A stretch of DNA of 64,000 nt, taken from assembly GCA_964016885.1 (NCBI GenBank), contig OZ024747.1:33480001-33544000 (forward strand), given 5' to 3'. Below the pieces are notes generated by a model, which ran no database searches, had not been told where the DNA came from, and worked only from the letters and a program-made list of their open reading frames with translations. Both the position numbers and the translations under genes were made by a program. The stretch is from Eledone cirrhosa (lineage: Eukaryota). Numbering within the stretch: position 1 is the stretch's first letter; each line of letters opens with the position of its first letter. Below, one piece after another: positions 1 through 12,553 of this stretch.

Positions 1-84
1 GTAAAAAGTTTGTGCTAAAGACAAGTAATATTGATGAGTTATATTCGCCATTACTATAGATATATGTAGCTACCATTTCTCTCT

Positions 85-392
85 GTGGGGGTTTGTGACC
101 AAGTGGTAAGGGGTTGGACTTGCAATCAAAATGTTGTGGGCTATGTGATTGGATTGGTTTGTATGTTGAGTTCATGAGCAAAAACACTTCATTTTACATA
201 GCTCTCAGTTGCTTAACACTATGGAAACTGGGATAAGCAACAACATGATGAGACTTGAGACAGACTTTAATCTGCGATGCACTGGTGTCTTGTCCAGGGA
301 AGAGCCATGTACTCTCAGTCACTTCACTCCACAGAAACCAAGATAAGCCATGTCCTGATGATTCTTTCGAGCTAAGACAGCCTTAAGACTTA
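85..392 (+). mobile_element. Degenerate tRNA-derived SINE fragment(s)
   Basis: A-box-like TGACCAAGTGG followed by 'tcatgagcaaaaacacttcattttacatagctctcagtt', similar to the better-preserved copies at 40240-40460 and 50717-51047. Confidence 0.5.
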
Positions 393-1090
393 GATTGCTC
401 TCACCATATTTCCCATTCTCTCCAATTACTGCCTCTCTTTATCATAATGAGGTTGCAAAAACCTCTCTAGCATTAGTATCTTGATAAAATGCACACAGTA
501 AAGTTTGTAACTTATAGTAATGATATCTCAATAAACTGCACCTTATACATTCTGTATGTATATGTGTGTGTATGTATATATGTATGTTTGCATATGTGTG
601 TATGTATGTATGTATGCATATGTGTGTGTGTGTATGTATGTATATACATATGTGTATGCGTGTATGTATGTATCTATATGCGTATGTGTGTGTATGTGTT
701 TTTGCAAGTCAGATACCATTTTTCACAGAACATTTCAGGAGTTATTTTATAGGGTTATTTCTCAGTATATACATCAAAACCTTGCTATGATGAATATTGG
801 TGTACCTAATACATAATATTTATATACATGGTGTTATAAACTTCCCTGCTATGCTACAGGATTATTCAATTATATTGTAGAGAGGTAATAGTGTAATTAA
901 TAAATCAGATAAAAAACTAAACTAAAATATATAATTTAGAAAAGGAGTTGGTGTTAGATGTTCTATAGAATAATTGGTAATATGTACACCAATCAAGACT
1001 TATGAGACACACTTTCAACATATCTTGGCGACAGAGAGTCACAAGTGGAGAACTCTAGTTCTCCCATGCTGGATATTGTTCATCTTAGAA

Positions 1091-1413
1091 CAGGGGTCCC
1101 CAACCTTTTGGGTCCCCGGGCCGGATAGCCATGCAGCGGTGGCTCCACGGGCCGGATGCAAAATTAATACTACTTATACACAAATAAGTAATCATTTATT
1201 TATCCCTTATGTTAGATTTGAAACAAAATTCAATATTGATACTTAGAGCTGTTCCAAGCAGAAAAATACATTTAAACATTGTTTTATTCGGCAATATCGA
1301 TAGATTGGGTGCGAATTTATTGCAAAACTGTACCCTTTTTAGAACCCTCACAGGCAGGATAAAGGCCTACGTCGGCTGGATGTGGCCCACGGACTGGCGG
1401 TTGGGAACCCCTG
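1091..1413. mobile_element. Non-autonomous hAT (Charlie-type) MITE
   Basis: TIRs CAGGGGTCCCCAACC / GGTTGGGAACCCCTG (14/15 match); exact 8-bp TSD TCTTAGAA at 1083-1090 and 1414-1421. Confidence 0.9.
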
Positions 1414-2034
1414 TCTTAGAAGGATACATTGTGCGGGACATTGTTACAGGGCAAAAACTAATGTGTCAGCTGTGTTCTTTTATGAAAACCTGTGCACAGT
1501 CATAGAAGTAGAGCTCACTCTGAAACAACATATCTAGATATGCTATATGCTGACACAGGAGGAAATTTAATGGATTTTGGAGTGATAATGCTAGATCGAG
1601 AAAAAATGGAAAGAGTACTGTTCATTGGATCAAGGAAACTCGACTTATGAGTGAGTGACATCAATCAAGAAGCTGGTACATTGTTCAAATCGTACCAAGA
1701 GATTTTGTCTTTTCTGTCTTAATTTTGTCCTTAGAATGTTTGATATCAAATGCAGAAGAGAGGCTGTCATGTTTTTTAAATAACCGAGGATCCTCTCAGC
1801 CCTTCGTTTGAGAAGCTTTCTACATTTGGATGCCCCTCCTATTCTAATATCATCTAGATTATAAGGAAATAAACGTTATTCATACATTACACCATCTACC
1901 TATTACCAAACTTGAGAAGATGATGTGTAATCACTCCCCGCCCATATATATGTGTGTGTGTGTAGTAGTAGTATTAGTATTAATAGGTAGGTAAACATAT
2001 CCAAGATATAGAAGTCAATAGGGCGAGTTTGAAT

Positions 2035-2238
2035 ATTATTATTAAGGTCAGTTATTACAAGGGTGCCTTACCAGGTATGTACATTTCATTATCCCTGAAA
2101 AACAACTTGTTCAACCTGTGCCGATGAAAATGAACTGGTTCATTTCCATTGGCACAGGTTGAACAAGTTGATCCTCAGGGCTAATGAACCGTATATATCT
2201 GGTATGGTGCCATTGTAGTAACTGGCCCTAACAATTAT
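2035..2238. repeat. Imperfect ~200-bp fold-back (inverted repeat)
   Basis: Arms such as caacttgttcaacctgtgcc / ggcacaggttgaacaagttg, centred on aatgaactggttcatt. Confidence 0.8.
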
Positions 2239-2333
2239 ATATATACATGTATATGTTGTGATTAGGTCACCATTTTGTTTTCTCTTACAATATGGGCAGA
2301 AACCTTAGTTAGCACTTTTATTTTGTCCATGAC

Positions 2334-2370
<37 letters not shown>

Positions 2371-2373
<3 letters not shown>

Positions 2374-3197
2374 TTAATTATACTATTTATGGTTATGTAA
2401 ATACAAAAACCTTATGCAGTTATATGTATTTTTTATACAAACCCTAAATAGTGGTAGGCAGTAATGTATTACTACCTTATTACCAGTAAGTTAAGTAGCT
2501 CAATGTAAAAACATCAGATGATTTACAGAGCAGTTATATGAAATATAAGAATCACAGAACTGTTCAAAACATTATTGTGCTTACAGCTGTTTCCTCCAAA
2601 CCGAGGTTTGGATTCTTCGGAGCAATTTATTAATGAATGGACAGTTATATGACCTACTTTTCAGCCAAGAGACATACCGATACATATGCAAATATTGTGG
2701 CTCAACATTCATTACAGAATTTAGAGTGGCAGTACACACTTCGAGATTACATTCATATTAAAAGGTACAATCAAAAATCAAAAATACAGGTTAAAATACA
2801 ACATGAAGATAAGCGGTTATATAGTGCAAATGTTATATGTGTGGCAAGCACGTGCGTCTTGTTTATATAGTGTGGCAGAGAGATAGCTGTAGTAGAGGCA
2901 CTTAGGTAGGTAAACAAGAGTGTTAGGTTGGTTGATCTGGTGGCAAATTCTTTATATGATTGATATAGTCTGTGTGTGGAGAAATGATATAAGCATTAAA
3001 AATAGTGCAAGCATTAAAAATATTAAAAGTATTGGAGATGCACAGCGAAGGGATGACAAATACTTCATGTACTTCGACATTTTCATGGTCAGGGGAGTGT
3101 ATTTTTCGATTATATGCCCCTCACATAATCCACGACAATTCGATATTGAGCATTTGACAATCCAGTTAGAGAATCGTAGTCTGATGTTCTTTAGTTC
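2371..3197 (-). repeat. PLE pseudo-LTR, 3' copy
   Basis: Near-identical to 6529-7352 (about 5 substitutions and one 3-bp indel seen). Confidence 0.92.
2578..2624 (-). ncRNA. Minimal type I hammerhead ribozyme (CCGAAGA core)
   Basis: Minus strand: tgct-CCGAAGA-atccaaacc-tc-ggtttggag-GAAA-cagctg-TA-agca; stems I and II pair, stem III palindromic ACAGCTGT, GUA site. Confidence 0.85.
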
Positions 3198-4010
3198 AAT
3201 ACAGAAGGCTGTTACGTTTCGAGAAACGACATTGAATACCACCCGGAAGTGTGTGTGTGGCTAAGCGGAGTTAATGCATGAGGGGCGGTAACTCCGAGGT
3301 TTCTATACCTAGCTATTGAAATGTGTCTCAATATAGACCCTAATTTCTATGGTTATGCGCAACTTCCAAAAAATTTCCCCAAAATGTCTAAAGCATAAAG
3401 TGTTTTAACTATAGAGTAGTTTAATTAAGTTGTGCTGAAGGTCTTCGTATTATTATGGTGAATTAATGATCTCTGTGGCTGTAGTCCGCTCATAGGACCA
3501 GGCGCGGTGGTTGCAGAATCACTTCAAGACACAATGATCTCTGGTAAGTTCTGGGTCATCGCTTGCTACATTGGATGTCGAAAGATAATCATCACCAGGT
3601 CCGGCCAGAGGTCAATCCGCAGTCCTCACGACCCCTCACTGACCGCCAAATCATCCATATATGTACAACCCGCACGCCAGTTGCAATACATTCATTCTCT
3701 ACGCTCAGCGTCCTGGTCCTACTGCTCAACAGCGTTACTAGATTAAATCGTTTTTCATCTGTCTAAGGAAGGCACTTCCTCCGCACAACACTACCAAACC
3801 AATCAATTCATGCTTAAATTACCTATAGAGCGGTGTAGTGCAGTTCAAGTGGGTGGATGTTGTCACACCTGACGTAGAGGTATAAATGGGTATTCTCCCT
3901 GCGAGGGGTTCCAGAGGGATGTCGTTGTTTGTGTTATATTAGATCAGTTAGTGTTAGGTATGTGGTATAAGGTGTGCCCCTGGTGTTTGATGCTAGATGT
4001 GGTGTTTGGT

Positions 4011-6483
4011 TCAAGTCCGACATTGATATATATTGGGCTTAAAGTTTTGGAAGGAATGTCTGAAGCGTTGCTGGCAAGTTGCAAACACCTCAGATTTTTT
4101 GTTAAGTAGGTTACGGTTGGAGAAGATAATATTGTGGGCCTCTAGTATACAGAGGTTACAAAATTTATTAGGTGGTTTGTACGAGGTCGCGCTGCCTATC
4201 ACTTCCCATTTGAGTGTGTATGGTTTATTTTTAGTTCTTAGATAGTGTATGTAGCTAGAAAGTGAGGTGGAGTTGGCTAGGCTGTGCTTTTTGAACGAGT
4301 GGATGTGCGAATTATATCTGATTTTGAAGCAGTTAGAAGTGGAGCCTACATAGGTTTCTGAAGAGTTGCTAGTTGTGACGGTGCATGAATATATGATATC
4401 CTTGGTTAGGCATTTTTTATCTAAAGGGCAGGTTCTATTAGCTCTACAGTTACAATTATCCTGTGTGTTAGTCTGCTGGTTATAATGCAGTGCAGACGTC
4501 TGGGTGGTAGCTATATGATTTTGGACATTCGGGTTGTCAACCCCGGTGTTATTTCTTATACCAGTGTTATTTCTATTGTTACTGCCGTTACTATGGTTGC
4601 TTGCTACAGAGGTATTTAGGTTTGGATCCTGTTGTGATTTTGTTTGTTGGAAGTAAGAATTAATTTTACTTTTATTGCTGCTCGCTATGTGGTATGCTAA
4701 GTTAGGCGTCGTAGAGTATGAGATTTTAATAGTGTTTTTGTTTAAAAGGTTGTGGTACTTTTGTCCTAGAGGGAAGTTTTTATCTAGTAGTGAGAAGAAA
4801 GCCCTAGGTATGTTGGTGGAGACATTTAGGTTGAAAGGAGGGTTGAAAAATGTATTATTTCTTCTTCTATTTTTGTTTTTAGTGTTTGGTGTGTTGTTTC
4901 TTCCTAAGGCACCACAGTAGTTTCCATGGTAATGGTTACTTCCGGTGGCACCCTCCGCTTTGGTGTACTTGTGGTTGCTATTCCTATTATTAGGTTTCCT
5001 CATGGACATGTTGTGCGAGATGATGTTGTAGCTATGTGTTTTCTTAGGTAGGAACTCAATTTCTATATTATGGCCGGATCTAGCTAATGCTTGGTTGTAA
5101 TATTGTGAGTTTTTGCTAAATATGTTTGCGTCATAGGACAGACTAGAGATTCTATTGGACACCCCCTTAGAGATAGAGTTTAATATTGATCTAGGGTGAT
5201 TAGACTTGGTATCTACGTAAATGAGTTTTTCGTTAGGCTTATGGAAAGGTGTATATATTTTTGTGTCTAGGTATAGTGTGGCGTCTAGGAAGTTAACATT
5301 TTTAGTGTTTTTGTCCATGGTGATACTAAGGTTAAAGTTTTTGAATGTCTTATGCAATTGTTTTCTAGTTCTTTCTATATTAAATTTTTTATATTCTATA
5401 AGTAGAAGTGCATCATCGCGGTACAAACCACCGTTGAGGTAAGGGAGGTCCTTATGGATTTCATTGAGAAGGTATAGGCCGACCAAATCAGTGACCTGCG
5501 CCGAGTCGCTAGATCCCATGGTTATGTCGAAGTTGTTGTGCGTATCCTTGCGTGTCCATAGTTGGTCTTCGAAGGTGATTATGGTTTTACGGGCCGCAAG
5601 GATGACATCAATCTGGGCTCTAGTCAGGTCGCTATTGTTCATGGCCATGATAAGTGCCTTATTTAATAGGATAGGGGAAATAGAGGTGTAGTATGAATTG
5701 ATATCAAATTGAATAAATTTTTTGTCCTTATTATTCTTGATATCTTTGAACCATTCAATCACTTCACCCGTATTTCCCCATTGTTTAAGGTGTATCTTGT
5801 GTTTAATTTGTGGGATGATTTTATCCAAAATCTTCTTGCTGATAATACCAATGTCGGACTTGGAAGGGCAGATAAGTCTTATCGAGGGGTTGCTGATGAA
5901 GTCCTCCTTATGGTCCTTCAGAGAGAATCTAGGGGGGTTTGGGGTGAATGGTTGTGTATGCCTCTGAAGTCCTAGTTTAGACACTATATTATATCCCTCT
6001 ATATTAATATCTTCTAAGTGTTTCAAGGTGGTTTTTTTGTAGCTTTTATGTAGTTCATTATATATAAACTTTCTATAAGTATTATAATCTAGGCTGTATA
6101 TGTTATTAGTTTTATCTGCGTGTACAATAATTTTATTACTAGTTTTTAATCCATTAATAGAGGTGTTAAGTTTGTTTAAGAAGGTGTTGCTTCTAATATG
6201 GTGCTTATTGTATTTAATGTTCTTAACTAGTTTAACTAGGTCATTTTCAAAGGAGTTAAGTAGTGTGTTATGAGGGGGGGCTTTTAAAGGTTTTAAAGCC
6301 GAAGGAGTCAAAATTGTTAGTATTATTCACGTTGTTAGATCTGTTTCTATCATAATGGAATGTCCTCCATCTCACTCTATTGATAAATGAATTTACACTG
6401 TTGATCAGCAATTTCTCATATGTATTCTTGGATGGTATTGGTATGTTCTTGGTTGAAATGGGGAGTTGGTCTTTGATTAGCAT
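4011..6483 (-). CDS. PLE reverse transcriptase / GIY-YIG endonuclease polyprotein (one frameshift at the G7 run 6274-6280)
   Basis: N-terminal KNIPIPS...RVRWR (6268-6483 ORF); DKT; RT motifs FDINSYYTSI, MGSSDSAQVTDLVGLY, YRDD, VNFLD; linker CNCRANRTCPL; IIY...YVGST..FKIRYNSH and CNLC..E of GIY-YIG. Confidence 0.9.
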
Positions 6484-6528
6484 ATTGGTAATATTATATG
6501 TCAGCTCAACAATATGGAGCAGTTAATA

Positions 6529-7352
6529 GTATTAATTATACTATTTATGGTTATGTAAATACAAAAACCTTATGCAGTTATATGTATTTTTTATACAAAC
6601 CCTAAATAGTGGTAGGCAGTAATGTATTACTACCTTATTACCAGTAAGTTAAGTAGCTCAATTTAAAAACATCAGATGATTTACAGAGCAGTTATATGAA
6701 ATATAAGAATCACAGAACTGTTCAAAACATTATTGTGCTTACAGCTGTTTCCTCCAAACCGAGGTTTGGATTCTTCGGAGCAATTTATTAATGAATGGAC
6801 AGTTATATGACCTACTTTTCAGCCAAGAGACATACCGATACATATGCAAATATTGTGGCTCAACATTCATTACAGAATTTAGAGTGGCAGTACACACTTC
6901 GAGATTACATTCATATTAAAAGGTACAATCAAAAATCAAAAATACAGGTTAAAATACAACAAGATAAGCGGTTATATAGTGCAAATGTTATATGTGTGGC
7001 AAGCACGTGCGTCTTGTTTATATAGTGTGGCAGAGAGATAGGTGTAGTAGAGGCACTTAGGTAGGTAAACAAGAGTGTTAGGTTGGTTGATCTGGTGGCA
7101 AATTCTTTATATGATTGATATAGTCTGTGTGTGGAGAAATGATATAAGCATTAAAAATAGTGCAAGCATTAAAAATATTAAAAGTATTGGAGATGCACAG
7201 CGAAGGGATGACAAGTACTTCATGTACTTCGACATTGTCATGGTCAGGGGAGTGTATTTTTCGATTATATGCCCCTCACATAATCCACGACAATTCGATA
7301 TTGAGCGTTTGACAATCCAGTTAGAGAATCGTAGTCTGATGTTCTTTAGTTC
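6529..7352 (-). repeat. PLE pseudo-LTR, 5' copy
   Basis: Direct repeat of 2371-3197. Confidence 0.92.
6736..6782 (-). ncRNA. Minimal type I hammerhead ribozyme (second pLTR copy)
   Basis: Identical to 2578-2624; about 250 nt upstream of the ORF start. Confidence 0.85.
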
Positions 7353-7396
7353 TTGGCTGAAAACGAGGTCATATAACTGTCCATTCATTAATAAAT

Positions 7397-7443
7397 TGCT
7401 CCGAAGAATCCAAACCTCGGTTTGGAGTAAACAGCTGTAAGCA
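7397..7443 (+). ncRNA. Hammerhead copy in the inverted pLTR tail, probably inactive
   Basis: Same motif but GAAA changed to TAAA (G12>U at 7428). Confidence 0.7.
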
Positions 7444-7481
7444 CAATAATGTTTTGAACAGTTCTTTGATTCTTATATTTC

Positions 7482-7513
<32 letters not shown>

Positions 7514-7583
7514 GAAAAAGAGATGAAATCGAAAATGCAACTGGAGTCTTATTTTTTTTAAAAATATATATATTTATTTGGTT

Positions 7584-7621
7584 CCTTTACCGGTTTCGCA
7601 GTTCTTCTGCTTTTCAAAAGG
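7584..7621 (-). ncRNA. Hammerhead ribozyme, U3-A8 variant
   Basis: Reverse complement of 8743-8780. Confidence 0.75.
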
Positions 7622-8742
7622 TGAGTTTAGATGGAGGGTCTGTGGTTTTTCTCACATTATAATAAATTTCGCGCCAGTTCGCGTTACAATAGTTCTTCAA
7701 ATAAGAGGGGGGGGGTGTCACAGGTTGTTTTTTCATATATGAGTGTTTGAATTTCGTTTTACTTGAAAAAAGGAGGCTCACGAAGGCTTTTTTTTGGTTG
7801 GTTATAAATGAAATTATGGCTGTCACATGAACACATTTTCATTAAATTGTTGTGCCCTTATTTGGAAATCCATTCTGTAGCCTTTTCAGAGAATTTTTTG
7901 ATAAGTAAAAGATAATGTTCAAGAGAAAGGGATGGGAGAATTGTTCTGGTTCAGTGAATATGGTTAGTTCGCTGGGGTGTCAGAATTCAGATTTTCTATT
8001 GAATAAAGAATGTAAAGATATGTGTGTTTATTTGTGTGCTTGTGTGTGTGTGTGCGTGTGTGTGTGTGTGTGTATGTTTGAATTTCTTTACTTTAAAAAA
8101 AGGTGGCTCACAAAGGCTTTTTTTTAATAAACGTGATTTGATTTTAAAAAAGCCTTCGTGAGCCACCTTTTTTTAAAGTAAAGAAATTCAAACACACGCA
8201 CACACACACACACACGCACACACACACACAAGCACACAAATAAACACACATATCTTTACTTTCTTTATTCAATAGAAAATCTGAATTCTGACACCCCAGC
8301 GAACTAACCATATTCACTGAACCAGAACAATTCTCCCACCCCTTTCTCTTGACCATTATCTTTTACTTATCAAAAAATTCTCTAAGAAGGCTACAGAATG
8401 GATTTCCAAATAAGGGCACAAAAATTTAATGAAAATTTGTTCACGTGACAGCCATAATTTCATTTATAACCAACCCCCAAAAAGCCTTCGTGAGCCTCCT
8501 TTTTTCAAGTAAAAAGAAATTTAAACACTCATATATGAAAAAACAACCTGTGACAACCCCCTCTCTTATTTGAAGAACTATTGTAACGCGAACTAGCGCG
8601 AAATTTATTATAATTATTGACAAATCAATCAAATTACTTCTCGAAAAACCTGGCATTTCGAGCCACTTTTTCCATATAAAACAAGTAACATTCAGAGACC
8701 AACCAGATGTGAGAAAAACCACAGACCCTCCATCTCAACTCA

Positions 8743-8780
8743 CCTTTTGAAAAGCAGAAGAACTGCGAAACCGGTAAAGG
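8743..8780 (+). ncRNA. Hammerhead ribozyme, U3-A8 variant
   Basis: cctt-TTGAAAA-gcag-aagaa-ctgc-GAAA-ccgg-TA-aagg; stems I and II pair, stem III palindromic ACCGGT. Confidence 0.78.
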
Positions 8781-8918
8781 AACCAAATAAATATATATAT
8801 TTAAAAAAAAAATAAGACTCCAGTTGCATTTTCGAATTCATCTCTTTTTCTTTATACTTTCACTCGTGTAGGACACCTCGGTTATTTTTCATTTTGTAAA
8901 AAAAACCTCACTTTCTAA

Positions 8919-9376
<458 letters not shown>

Positions 9377-9578
9377 TATATATATATATACACGTTGCTA
9401 TACCATTATGTTTGTTTACATGTCTCTATTTCTCCACCCATTCTTTTTATCCCAATAAGTTATTTTAGTTATTGTTGGCACTCGCTTTTGGTATCTGGTC
9501 TTTAATGCGAAGAAATACCGATGATAGCGAGAAGATCACTGATGATGGATAGTCCTGGTTTCTTGCTCTTTTTTAAAT

Positions 9579-11820
<2,242 letters not shown>

Positions 11821-12553
11821 AAATAAAGTGCAGTTTTTATACAGTTAGTCAGCAACAAATATTGAACTTTTGACCTTTCTATTACCAATAATCCAAACCT
11901 CTGAGCGATGAAAGCAGTTTATGAAGTGGAGCCAAATTGTTTGTTAACACAATACCCCAGAGTCTGTACAATGTTGGAAACTGTTATTCAAGAGGAAAGG
12001 TGGAGTGTGCTGGAAGTAATAGAAGAATTGTAAATGATATGTTGGACTATATGTGGGTGTATTTGTGTGTGTGCTTTTGTGTGAGTGTGTATGTGTATGT
12101 ATTTGTGGCTACTGCTTTATAATTGACAGGTCTGAAGTTCAAAACTGAGCTGTGGTTATTGTGTTGCATATTGAGTTTTTGGTATGGTAACTTTGCACTT
12201 TTTAGTTATAATAATAATAATAATAATAAAAAAAATAATAATAATAATAATTGTTTCTACTTTTTGGCTCAAATGATTTCATTTATTAGCCACAAGGGCC
12301 GACATGTAGGGGACAATACAAAGACAGGGACAGTGGGGGTTTACAATAAGGTCGAGTCAAAGTGCACAATGGCAAGACTAATTTAACAATGAAAATATAA
12401 AAATATAAAATAAACTATGCATAAATATAACAAAATAAATTCCCCGATAGGGGGTGGACGACCCTGGGGTGACTCGGGAACCCCACCAATCCTGAACCAC
12501 CCTGCCCTTCTAGGGCACCCAGGGAGAGCACCCCTCTCCTCAAGTTAGCTAGC

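Larger units (their letters stand above)
2371..7485 (-). mobile_element. Penelope-like retroelement (Naiad-like), full-length unit plus upstream partial tandem pLTR and inverted tail
   Basis: 4158-bp period direct repeat (2371-3197 vs 6529-7352), inverted copy at 7351-7485, RT plus GIY-YIG ORF, hammerheads in the repeats, both ends abut (TA)n. Confidence 0.93.
7513..8851. mobile_element. PLE-derived fold-back element (arms about 620-710 bp) with a hammerhead near each end
   Basis: 7513-8126 is the reverse complement of 8144-8851 (right arm has an extra ~95 bp); flanked by (TA)n. Confidence 0.85.

Noticed and set aside
2637-3264. Duplicated ORFs at 2637/6795 and 2920/7075
   Set aside because: They lie in the pLTR repeats; duplication reflects the repeat and there are no recognisable motifs
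3990-4013. Selenocysteine read-through of the PLE terminal TGA (some Naiads encode selenoproteins)
   Set aside because: The TGA lies beyond the conserved domain, another stop follows a few codons later, there are no internal in-frame TGAs, and I could not see a convincing SECIS
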